A stretch of DNA of 63,998 bases, counting the filler, from Reticulomyxa filosa (taxonomy: Eukaryota; Protista; Foraminifera), in the NCBI GenBank assembly GCA_000512085.1. It is 14 parts of 14 records of this genome, joined end to end, with 100 filler letters (N's around TTAATTAATTAA, not from the genome) between each part and the next. Parts side by side here need not be neighbours in the genome. Positions count along the whole stretch, not along the records: positions 1 to 21,501 come from ASPP01010582.1; 13 more parts are not named here. The stretch is one strand, 5' to 3'. Positions 1 to 11,626 of the stretch are shown here, in pieces; positions within the stretch are counted from its first letter, which is position 1; each line of letters opens with the position of its first letter. The notes under the pieces were generated by a model. That model was given only the letters and a program-made list of their open reading frames with translations, was not told the origin of the DNA and did not search any database. Made by a program: the position numbers and the translations under genes.

Positions 1-56
1 TGTGTGTGTGTGTGTGTTTCATTGTCTGACTTGTCCGATGCTCGTTGGTTGACAAG

Positions 57-2463
57 ACAAAGCCAATGAAAACGAACCGCATAAGCGAAGACACACGATC
101 CAAGAGAAAGATAGCAATCACGAAAAGTTCAAAGCCTACGTGTTGGACACATTTTCCAAGTTCCAGGACTACTTGACCGAAAACAAGGAACAGGACAGCG
201 ACAAACGCAAAGAGAAAAAGTTTACGAAAGACATGGAAAGCAAAGACGAAAAGGAAGCCGAAAAAGAAGAGAGACCAAACGGACCTGATCATATGCAGAA
301 CAATGCTCGTCAATACAAGACGACCAAACCAGAGAAAAACAAGGAGCCTCTTTTTCAAAGTTTTGTTACTCCAAAAAAAAAAATACAATGAAGCAAATAC
401 AAACAAACAAACAAACAAACAAACAAACACATTGAAATTGAATAGCGTCCAATGTAACAACCAATCAATCACTAAATTCGCAAGTTCACACGCAAACCAC
501 GATCGGGTCTTCTTCGAAGCAAATGGCGAAGAATGACACCTCCACGTCGCGGTCGTCGACTCGCACAAACGAGTTTGCAATACCACATCTCGAAGAGTAT
601 CACCAATTGGCGGTAGTGAGCAGTAATGTGATCATGGAAGAGCTTGCACGTGGTCCAGTGCAGGTCCTGCATTCTGACTTGCGAGGCGACGGTCGACGAA
701 CACCTGTCCCAAGTGCACAGCAACAGCAACAACAGCAACAACAGCAACAACAGCAACAACAACAACAACAACAGCAGTCGAGGACTACAGCCAACACGAC
801 TTTGATCGGAGGACAAGCTCCTCGTGGCTATAGCTTGGGAAAAGACTCGCAAGACAAGTCGGTATCCACACCCACGGATGTGAGTGCGACTTTGAACAAA
901 CTGGACGGGGAACAGCTTCTGAAGGAGTTGCATCAAGTGCAAAATGAAAAGCAATGGATCAAGGTGGTGGAGGAAGTGATAGCGCGCCTGCGCTCGTCCA
1001 GTCAAGGCAACAATGGGGTGCATTCGGACGTGTTGATGTTCGGATCGAATCCGAGTGGACGACAACAGCAACACCAGGAAATAATGATGTTGAGCAGCAG
1101 CGCCAAAGACTTGCGTCAGGTGATAAAAAAGAACAGTCAGCAATTTTTCACCGATTTATTGCGCTTTGTCCCATTGGAAAAGAATCGACATAACAAAATC
1201 ATGTTGGAAAACTGCTTGGACATTTGGTGTGCTCTTTGTTATGGCAGCAGCGAAGACAATGAAATGAAGACGATGCTGCATCGAGTAGGTGTGATCAGCT
1301 TGTATTGGATATATGCAATACATACTTGGACTCGGATGTGAACATGCTTCGCAAATGCTGCTACATTTTGGAAGTGATGACGTATAACCATGCCATCAAC
1401 ATCCAGACGCTCGTCCAAGTCCCCAATGGCATTCAGCTCATCTTGGGCATTTTGTATCGCCACACCAAAGTGGACGACCTCTGCATCCATTGTTTCAATA
1501 CCCTGATCAGCTGCATGCACTCGGATGCCAATGACGATTACAACAATCACAATCGCAAGTTCATTTGCAAGTGCGGTGGTGATAAGGTATGTGTGTTCAC
1601 ACTCCAGCGTCGCAAGTCCAACACTGCTATCGATGCCAGCATTATCATTAGCGCACTCACGTGCATCGCCAACTTGGCGACCATTGCGGACAACATCCCG
1701 TCGCTATTGCAAGAAAGCGTGGTCACGGAAATCATCACAGTGGCCACCGATAACTTGAATCGCGGCGATATCGTTAAGTGCGCATGCGTGGCCTTGTGCA
1801 ATTTGAGCAACGATCGAAAGGCCAGTTGGATTATGTGGAATCAGTTTTACGTGCCGAACCTGTTAGTAAGGATTATGGAAGAATATATCAAAATTCATCG
1901 TTTGAAACGAGAACACCAACACCTATTGTCGTCGTCATCACCGTCGTCGTCATCGTCGCCTTTGCATAAAAAAAGGCCAAAAAAATGGAGTGGAAGACCA
2001 CTGGAAAGACGAATGGAACGACTTTGACGAAACCACGATACTGAACATACAGCAGTCGGCCTTGGGATGTCTGGGGAATATGATGCGCGATCCCTCCAAT
2101 GTGATGTCGTTCATGAAGAAGAAAATGTATCGGCACATCTACAGCATGATGCATTACTACACGGATGAATACGTGCTAATGAGGATGAGCTTGCGATTGC
2201 TCAACATTTTGGTCACCGCCATCGACACCAAACACTCTCATTCCTCACAAAATGCTCCCACACAGGACAATGCTTCCAAAATCAGTGATAACAAACATCT
2301 GCTCCCTGTCGACCATTACAATGGCGTTTTGGATCCGCCTTCGGTGAATCTCAATCATGCACAAGTCGGAGGTGGACGGAACAGGTTGTCTGGTATGTTA
2401 TATTTTATTTATTATTTATTATTTATTATTTATTATTTATTATTTATTTATTGTTTATTTGTT

Positions 2464-2494
<31 letters not shown>

Positions 2495-4835
2495 AAATAA
2501 AAAAATGAAAAAGTTGCATCCAAACGATTGCCCAGTGATGCTGGAGAAGCAGAGACGTCTTCGACATCGAGAATATCGGCTACACTAGGTAGCCTGGCTT
2601 CTGTTCAAGGCATAGACGAAGGCAAGATGCGCTCGAATGGCGGAGACACGGCGTCGATATTGGATGAAGAGAGACAATACAAACACCAGATGATACTGCT
2701 GCAGACAGGAATGATTAGTCAAATGATGCACGTGATGAAATCGCCGCACAACATACTGTTAATTCCACTCGGAGTGAAAATCTGCAAAAAGATCAAGCGG
2801 CAGTTATGGCGGACGTTCCGTCTCACCAAGTCGACCAATAATAACAAAACGGAGGAGATAAATTCCGATGGGAAAAAAAAAAAGGCAAAGCCAGGTCGAA
2901 GGATAACAATAACGACGACGATGCTGTCATTGTCGATGGAGAAGAACGCGTCATCGATGACAACATGAGCGATTTGAGTGATATCGAATTAGAAATCGAC
3001 ACTTCATTGTTCAAACTTATTCGGATCTATCAAGTATTAAACCGATACAGCGTATTCGAGGCCATGATCCAACTGCTTATGCATGATGACGACAGCATTA
3101 CCATCGACGTTGCTCACTCCGTCATACCCGTACCGCCCATCGCTTCTGGAGGCGTCTTGTATCATCATTTGGATGTGGTCAAAGAATATTTACTAATGAT
3201 CGACAACCTCGTGGACACGAATCGCTATTCCAAAGCTGTGCATGCGCACGTGCATCATCAACACCCCAAACAAAATCAGGGAGGAGGATTCTATTCACCG
3301 GACACTCCTTTTTCGAATACGTATACTACACCATCCACACTGGGCAATACTCCGAACAATGAGCAAAACACAAGCGGAAATGCAAATGCAAATACAAATG
3401 CAAATGCAAATGCAAATGCAAATCGCAAAGATAAACACATTGATGGCAATTTGTATGAGCGATATCAACAGCAAATGCAACAGGAAAACGAACAGCCGAT
3501 TTTGGATAGCGCATTTATGTACAAAATACAAATAAACAACAAATCGTATGCATTGGAGTATGCGTCCAAACACGGCTCATTTTTATTTTGGCTGCTGCGC
3601 AGCTTGACACATTTGTTGAAATATGTCAGCAGCAACAAAATTGCTCCAAATGATGCTTCGTGGGTTCGCAATGCGCGCAAAGAAAAAATGATGGAAATGT
3701 TGATGAGAGCAGTGGTTGTGATGTGGAGGCTTTCCGTATATCACAAGCCAGCGTCGCATTTGGTCGAAAAAGACGGTGTCACCACCATCATCGACGCATC
3801 TCGTTACATTCACTATTCCACCGCTTATGACAAGCGTGTCTTATTGATTGGATATTATCTAAAGATTATTTGCAACATGCTCGGTTTGAATATTTTTATT
3901 ATATACATATACATACATATACATATGTGTATTGTTTAGGCGCAGACAAGCGAACTTGGCGTGACTTGACCAACACCGATGGCTATCACGTGCTAAAGAG
4001 CGTGATAAATTCACTGAGTCTGTCGGGGAAAGAAGCGCACACGATGCAATCGGATTGGATCCAATTTGAACAGGCGATCGTGGACAAATGCCTTCCACTG
4101 GCCATCGAGTACATGAGCGAGTTGAATACGGCAGTGTCACAAGAGCTGTGGTTCTTGACGAGTGGCACGTTCATGCGTCAGCACACAATGAGCGCTCCTC
4201 TTAGTGTTCGTGCGCGTATGAAAGTGCAGGACCAAGACGCGAATAACAGCACGGGTCGCCAAAGCAAGGACAAAAAGAACCGGAAACAACACATGGTACA
4301 CAATGTCAATATACGCATTGAATTGCAGGCACATCCCAAACGGATAGGTGGTGTCACCGACGATGCATTGGGGGAGAAGGAACGACGCAGAGAAGAGGAA
4401 GAAGAGAGGCTAATTGCAAAGCATTTAAAGAAACAGTCGATGACTGAAAAGCCAACCTCTAATGCTCCTTCTCCGCGACGACAGCAAGGAAAAAACACTC
4501 CTCAAAGCACAGACGACAAAATCGAATCACAAAATGGCAATCATACAAAAGGGACACACAATCATAATAACCGCTGGCGCATTTGGGTCATCATTGAAAG
4601 TCAAAGTGGCGAGGTGTATGAACATTTTCCCATGGATTGGGTCGAAAACATCCTTCCAGGAAATAAACACATTTTGCTGTCCAATTGTGACAAAAGCACC
4701 TGTTTTATGATCGTCTATTTGTATGTTTTCCAGTCCATCAAACTCAAACGAAAACACGTGTGCTTGGAATGTTTGAACGAAAAAGACTGCCATCTTTGGA
4801 CACATGCCTTACATCAATTGCTCAAGTTTTCTTAA
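57..4835 (+). CDS. Large multi-exon hypothetical protein: polyQ N-terminus, armadillo-like helical repeats, C-terminal PH-like domain (5' end outside window)
   Basis: ORFs 140-391, 523-1341, 1305-2027, 1990-2466, 2528-2968, 2965-3939 and 3870-4835 join through phase-consistent introns (360-445, 2393-2513, ~3884-3939) and 1-bp frameshifts near 1300, 1975 and 2875. ARM-like motifs 'ALTCIANLA', 'ACVALCNLS', 'ALGCLGNMM'. C-terminus 'CFMIVY...VCLECLNEKDCHLWTHALHQLL' resembles the PH beta6-beta7-helix. Confidence 0.6.
718..777 (+). repeat. CAA/CAG trinucleotide repeat encoding Q20
   Basis: Directly visible, in frame in ORF 523-1341. Confidence 0.95.
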
Positions 4836-5471
4836 TACTCTGTTTCTCTCTCTTTTTTTTTCAGAGTCCATTGTTGGAATTATACTTTCCAAGGAGGAAA
4901 GAAAGGGAAAAATAAGGAATATCAAAAACAAAGGGGAGGGTTTGAACGCAAGAAAAACCCCAAATCGCACATTTTTGTATTTGGCCTATATACTGTTTTG
5001 TTAGTTTTCTATTTTTTTTTCTTTTTTTGCAAGTATTTCTTCGATTTTTATTATTTGCTTGTGTTTATGTTTATAGTTTTTTGTTTTTTTCTTGCATTTG
5101 CTTATTTGCTTTTTATTTTTTTTCCTTGTTCTTCATTTTTTTCAATTTTGTGAGTTTTTTTGATTTTTTGCTAGATACTGGAAAAATTTTTTGTTGCTTC
5201 TGGCTGATCTGTTTGATTGTTTTTCTCTTTTGACTTACATGGATCGCTTTGGCTGCATATTATTCCATTTTGTATCGTCTTGTGACATTCCTCTAAACTA
5301 GGATGAACTTCATGAAAATTCTAGTGTGTATATGAAGAAAACACAATCTAAATAAATCCAGTCGTAATCTTTTGTTCTAAAAAACGCTCATCAACAAACA
5401 ACAGTAAGCCCTTTCTCCGTGTTCCGTGAACTAATTTTAATTTTAGGACATCCCTTTTCTTTACCTTTATT

Positions 5472-7075
5472 ATGACTCAACAATTGGGAAAATCAACATT
5501 AGAACGGGTTGAGATCTCTCCCCTTGTCTTGTTATCGGTAGCTGATCATTATAATCGCACCGCCAAAGACACAAAGAAAAGAGTGATCGGTTGTCTACTG
5601 GGATCTCGTTTTCAAAATGTATTGACTGTAAGCAATTGTTTTGCAGGTGTGAATTCGAACTAGCAAAAAAAAAAAAAAGTTGTTAAGCATAATTGTTTAT
5701 TGTTTATACTGTTTTGTGTTGCGTATATTCTTCAAAACTCAACCCAATGGCAATGGGATGCAACAGTACCGTTTGACGAGGAAGAAAAAAGTCTAGACAC
5801 ATGGTTTTTGGATTACAACTACTTGGAAGATATGGCGCACATGTTCAAAAGAGTGAACGGTGTGTAATCTTAACTTTGCGTTGAAAACAAATAAATTAAA
5901 AAAGACGAACAAAACAATGCAAACAAACTTTGAAACAATAGCAAACGAGAAAGTTGTCGGCTGGTATTCAACTGGTCCCAAATTAAAAAAAAATGACATA
6001 GGTTACGTATTTTTTTTTAATGTTTGAAAAAAGTTCAAAAAAAAAAAAGGATTTTATGTTTAAAACATGTGATGTGATGGACATCTTAAAAAAAAAAAGA
6101 GATTCATAAGCTATTTTATCGCTACAATGTGGAACCAACATTAGCGGTAATTCAAGTGCGCGAGTTAACTGAGGACTTACCCACAAAGAGTTATGTCGCA
6201 GTGGATGTGGTGCAGTCAGACGGACGACACGAGAAAGAGTTTGCTCATGTAATGAGCGCAGTGGTGGCAAGTGAAGCCGAAGAGGTTGGGGTGGAACACT
6301 TATTGCGAGAGATCCAAGACATTTCACTGAGCACCTTGACAACGGAAGTGAATCGCAAAATGACTGGATTGCATGGATTGGTCGATCGGCTATCTACCAT
6401 CCGTGATTACTTAGAAAAAGTTGCCACGGAAAGGTTGCCAATTAATCAAGATATTTTGACCAATTTGCAATTGATTTTCAATTTATTGCCAAATTTGTCC
6501 AAAATACAATTGATTCAAGTTCGCTTTGTATTTTTTTGTTTTTTTCCTCGATTGGCCAAAGCAAAAAAAAAAAAAAAGCCATTCTATTTCTTTCATCTCC
6601 TCTTGCTTGTTCTTTCACTTCTTTTCTATGTAATTGACTTTGTGTGTTATGTTATATAGTTTTTTTTGTGTTTGAAAACAGAGCTTTTCCGTAAAAAAGA
6701 ATGATATGATGCTGAATGTCTATGTTGCATCATTATTGAGATCAATATTGGCACTGGATCAATTACTAGAAAATAGATTGCAAAACAAATTGCGGGTTGA
6801 GTATTTTTATTGTATGTCAATAATCATACCGCCTGTAATCGGCTTGAAACAGGGATATCTTTTGGAGATTTGAATCATAATCAGTTTTTTTGACTTGGTC
6901 TGAACAGGAAGATAAAAAGGAGAAAGATGAACAAAACGGGAAAAAAAAAGAGAAAGAGAAAGAAAAAGAAAAAGACAAAGATAAAGACAACAAAGACAAA
7001 GATAACAAAGACAAAGAAAAGGATGAAAATAAAAATGAAAATAAAAAAACGGAAAAAGACGACAAAAATAAATAA
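5472..7075 (+). CDS. PSMD7: 26S proteasome regulatory subunit Rpn8/PSMD7 (catalytically inactive MPN domain, KEKE tail)
   Basis: Motifs 'PLVLLSVADHYNR', 'KRVIGCLLG', 'VSNCFAVPFDEE', 'VVGWYSTGP', 'EAEEVGVEHLLREIQD', 'LQLIFNLLPNL', plus a KE/KD-rich C-terminus. Introns at about 5647-5766, 5860-5941, 6002-6099, 6519-6681 and 6797-6907. Confidence 0.95.
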
Positions 7076-9596
7076 TTTAAATACATTATCGGATTCGTTC
7101 ATTCGAACCGTTTTGCTTTACTTTTTTGCCTACCTGCCAATTCTCATATGTCGATGCATCTTGACTAAAAGCATTCTTTTCTTCATATTATCACTCGTCT
7201 GTCTTCTGTTTCGGCGATTGGTTCACATACTCACAACACATTTGATTTGTGTAGTTTGAAACTCCATTTTATGTTTTTGTTTGACAGAAGGTGAAAGTTT
7301 TACTTTTCCCCTGCCCAAACCAATAGATTAGGGGGAGGGTACTTGCCGTCACAATTTTTGGTGTGAATGAACGCCTTGAATTCTTCTTTAAAAGGGCAAT
7401 TTCAGAAAATTTAACTTTCTTAAAAATGTGACAATTCAAAGTTACGTGGTCAAGGCCACAATTGAAGGGAAGTTCTTCGATTATATCTTTTTCAACACAG
7501 AACACTGTTTAACTCTTTAAATAACACTTTTATAATTGACGTAAGTACAAATGCAAATACATTTAATACAGTAGAATGAAAGTAAAGTTTACACATAAAA
7601 CGGCCATTAAATAAGATTGATTTTTTTTCATGAAAAAACAACATTCATACATAATTTTTAAAAATATATACAAATAGTGTAGTTTTTAAATATCGTTTTG
7701 ATTTTTTATTATATCTTTCATAATTATTTCAATATTTTATTTCCTTGTTTTTTTTAACTCAGTATATTTCGATATTTGAGTTTTTAAATATTTTTAATTT
7801 TTTTAAATGAGTTTAGAATTTTAACATAGTACGTGCTGTTGATATGTTGAGTAGTGCTAGAGGTTGCACAAAATTGCAAAAAAATTTTGTGTAAATCACG
7901 AATATGTGCGTAAGTAGAAGATGAAAAGCTTATTAAGAAGAAACAAATAAATATTGTTTGTTAAAAGTAACATAACGAATTTCGTGATTTCTTGCTTTAT
8001 AGTGTTATGATCTTGTTATTAATGTATTTGTCAATGCATATATTTATAATGAAATTCTATTTGATAAAATGATCAAAAACATTAATTAATATTTAAAGAT
8101 TTGATATTTCATCAAGATGATGACACCAACCACACAGCAATTACAGTAAAAGAATTGTTTGAACAAAATATTGTATTTTCATCTAATTCTACAGACTTGA
8201 ATACAGTCGAAAATCTGTTGTTAATATTGGAAATAAAATATACAAAAATAGACAATTCATGCCAAAAGAAGAACTTTGGAAACTTGACTTGTTTAGCATT
8301 GGACAAAAAAACAAATGATAAATGAAAACAAAGCAAATAGTATTCGAAACAATAATGTCTTTACAATGCACAAACTTTAAAAATAACATTAAATTATGCA
8401 AAATTTAGTTTTATATATATTAATTTATCGTTTAGACATAATTAATATGACAAAACATTCATATATGTTTTGATAAAGCAATTTTATTTATAAAATTGAA
8501 ATTATTTAGTAATAATCAATTGTCATTAATACAAATAGTATAAAACTGACCAATGTCATATCAATTTAAATAATATATTTAATCTGGTTAATGTAAGTAT
8601 ATTGTTTTGTACTGATATTTGTTATTTTTGTTTTACTTTATAATATTTTGTTTAATTTGTGGTTTTTGTATTTTTTGTTTGAATAAAATACAGTAAGTTG
8701 ACATACGTGCGTTCTGACTCGCCTATATTGTTTCAATCGTGCAAAACATGTTTGCAATTATGATCAAATTAGTATTACAATACCAAAAAATAATGATCAG
8801 TGTAACACCCAGATAAAGCAAAAATGCCATTATATGTCGACTGATTATCAGATAATACTATTACATCAACATTGGAAATATTTGTGACAAACTATGCAAT
8901 TGGTATGTTGATTAGTTAAACTATTTTATTGAATAGAAATAATATAATTATTGACAACAAAAAAAATTGGATGAAAAGAATAATATAATTAAGAATTCAA
9001 ACAAAACTTCAGTCAAAATAATCGATCAAAATTGTAATTCAGGTTGTCAAATTTATGAATTAGAAATTGCATTCAGTGCGCAAATCATTATAATTTTCTT
9101 TGTCATAGTTTTTCGATTGTTTCGCTTAGCCCACTTTATGATTTTTTAAAAATTCTTTCAAGCAGACACGTCTCGTGTCTCTGCAAAATACTCTTCAAGC
9201 ATTTATTTTCTTTTTCAACATTTTATCGTTATAATTTTTAAGTTCTACGAAAAAAGGAGTGAACAAAAATTGAGAATTTAGAAAATTTTTTAATAGTCAG
9301 CAATTCTTTGAAAAGCAAATCAATTGGGTCAAAATAATTCGAGGGTTTTATGAAAAACCAATTGAGGAAAAGTAGGCATTTAAACGGATCCAAAAAAATT
9401 AAAGCAAGCACCTTTGATATTGACAATTAAACCAGATGGAAATTTGTGTGAAATCGATTCGTAGTTGTTTTTTTCGGTGGTATGCTTAAAGCTTGGCCCT
9501 ATAACAAAACACAGAATTAAAAAATTGATTTTGTATTGTAAATGGATTGAAGAACAGGAGAAGGGGGTGAAAAAAAAGATTGACATCCGAGTAAAT

Positions 9597-11297
9597 TCAA
9601 AACTTGATATTTCTGACAACGTCATCAATAGCACGTGCCAAGTACTCGACATTTTTGGTGGTAACACCAGCCATGGAAATGCGGCCATCTTTTAACATGT
9701 AAATGTGATGCTTCGACATGATTACATCGACTTGTGGTACTGTGTCATTGTGTTAGCCATATGTAAATTGTTTCAGGTTCAAAAAATTTGTGGAACGTAT
9801 ATCTGAGAAGTAGATTGATATCACAATGCGGACACAACCAAACCTGTCAAGCCAGTAAACGAGAACATTCCAATTTGGTCAGTAATGTGATTCCAAGTTC
9901 CTGGTGTGCCTAATTTTTCCAAGTGTTGTCGCAACAGTTGTCGCATTTTGATGATGCGTCCACTCATGTAGGTCATTTCTTGTTGCCACAATCCAAAGTT
10001 TTCTGCACTTCCGATCACGCGTTTGACAATTTCAGCACCATATCTTGGTGGATTGGAATACATTGGGCGGATCACCGCTTCTAATTGGCTTTGACACGCA
10101 TTTGCATAAGCCTTGTCATTGCACACCACTGTCACACAGCCTGCTCGCTCACTGTATAAACCCATATTCTTTGCAAATGATTGTGCTACCACAAATTCAA
10201 ATCCTTCTTTTTCAAATAACCTAATTGCTGACTATATACATTTTAAAAAATTCTTAATTTTCTTTAGAATTTTCTTTTTTTTCTAATCAAAAAAAGGGGG
10301 GTACTTCAAAAGTTTTTTTGTGCGAAACTGCATCACGGTCGAGATCACCAGTTGCAAATCCTTGATAAGCAATGTCAAAAAATGGAATTAGTTTTTTTTT
10401 CTTCATAACATTTGCGATTTTCTTCCATTGCTCAGGGGTTGGATCTGTGCCTGTTGGGTTGTGGGCGCAGGCGTGTAACAATATCACATCCCCTGTGTTG
10501 GCCTTGTTCAAGTCTTCCAACATTCCTTCAATGTCCAAGTTTCTTCCTTTCGCATTCCAGTAGCGGTACGAACCTTCTTCAATGCGTGCTTTCGCAAGAA
10601 TTTTCGTGTGATTTCCCCATGTTGGTTTGCTTTGTTGTTATTGTTTTTTTGTTTTCTGTACCTTTGTTTCTTTCAAAAAAAAGTTTTTTTGATCGGTCCT
10701 CCTTTTCATACCTTAAATAGACTTTGCTAGATGGGAAATTGACTTTAATGAATTCGCACAACACACGCAATGCACCTGTTCCAGACAGTGATTGCGCACC
10801 TGCGGTCTATTTTTTTTTGGGAAAAAAAAGGGGACATAAGACAAGAAACGCCAACAAAAAAACCCCTCAATTTCTTTTTTTTTTTTTTGCTCCAAGTTAA
10901 CTCGTTTTTCTTTCAATGCGAGTGAATTTTTGCCTAAAATCACGGATTGGCACAACTGAACGTACTGAGGGTCACCACAAATTGGCGCGTACTCTTTGTC
11001 CAGTGTTTTGTCATTGATAATCTCGTGTTCCACTTTTTGTACGACTTTCAAAATGTATGGGTTTCCTTCTTCTGTTCGGTATGCCCCGATACCCAAATTC
11101 ACTTTGGAAGGACTTGGATCTTTAGTGAATAATGTTTTTGTCAAAAATATTGCGTCTGGTGGCAATTCCTCAACTTTGGCCCAAATACTGTTGCATATTT
11201 TATTTTGGATTTTCTTGTCTTTTCCAGAAAAAACACTTCTACTGAGGAACAAAAAATAGCACGCATATGTACACCACAAAAAAAAAAAAAACCTCAT
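9597..11297 (-). CDS. GOT1: Aspartate aminotransferase, probably cytosolic (no presequence; starts MS|IWAKV)
   Basis: '[10 protein letters not shown]', '[10 protein letters not shown]', 'PTWGNH', '[15 protein letters not shown]', '[13 protein letters not shown]', PLP-lysine motif '[14 protein letters not shown]', '[10 protein letters not shown]', 'GRISMAG'. Five phase-consistent introns; stop at 9597-9599. Confidence 0.93.
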
Positions 11298-11626
11298 TAT
11301 GAATTAGAAGTTGATAAAACGCTTTTTAAATTGCTACAAACAACAAAGCTTGCAAAGCCAGAGAAAAATGAAAGGATATGATTTTTGAAGTTGCCCTTTT
11401 ATTGAATCAACTTTTGCTTTGTATGTTTCAAAAAATATTTAATTCCGTAGTTATCGACTGCTGTGTCTTAATTTTCACTTTGTCTTTGCCTCTTTATGCT
11501 TTTTTTCTCTCCAGAATGTTAATTCCATTTTTCTAGCGGTGGCGTTATGCAATTAATTATTAAGTATTGAAATTATCGACGTCAAAGCGAAGCATGAAAA
11601 AATATTAAGAGAAGCGCATACATCTG

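Noticed and set aside
472-1143. Antisense and alternate-frame ORFs with poly-L, poly-C, SL or GV repeats (also 35827-36321, 38909-39412)
   Set aside because: Shadows of low-complexity coding repeats on the opposite strand.
6908-7075. KE/KD-rich tail of Rpn8
   Set aside because: A KEKE tail is a known feature of PSMD7, so not novel.
7100-9500. Long AT-rich region with short ORFs (also 17330-18300, 42400-43150, 56400-57900)
   Set aside because: No recognisable motifs, RNA genes or structured repeats; treated as intergenic or unrecognisably decayed.
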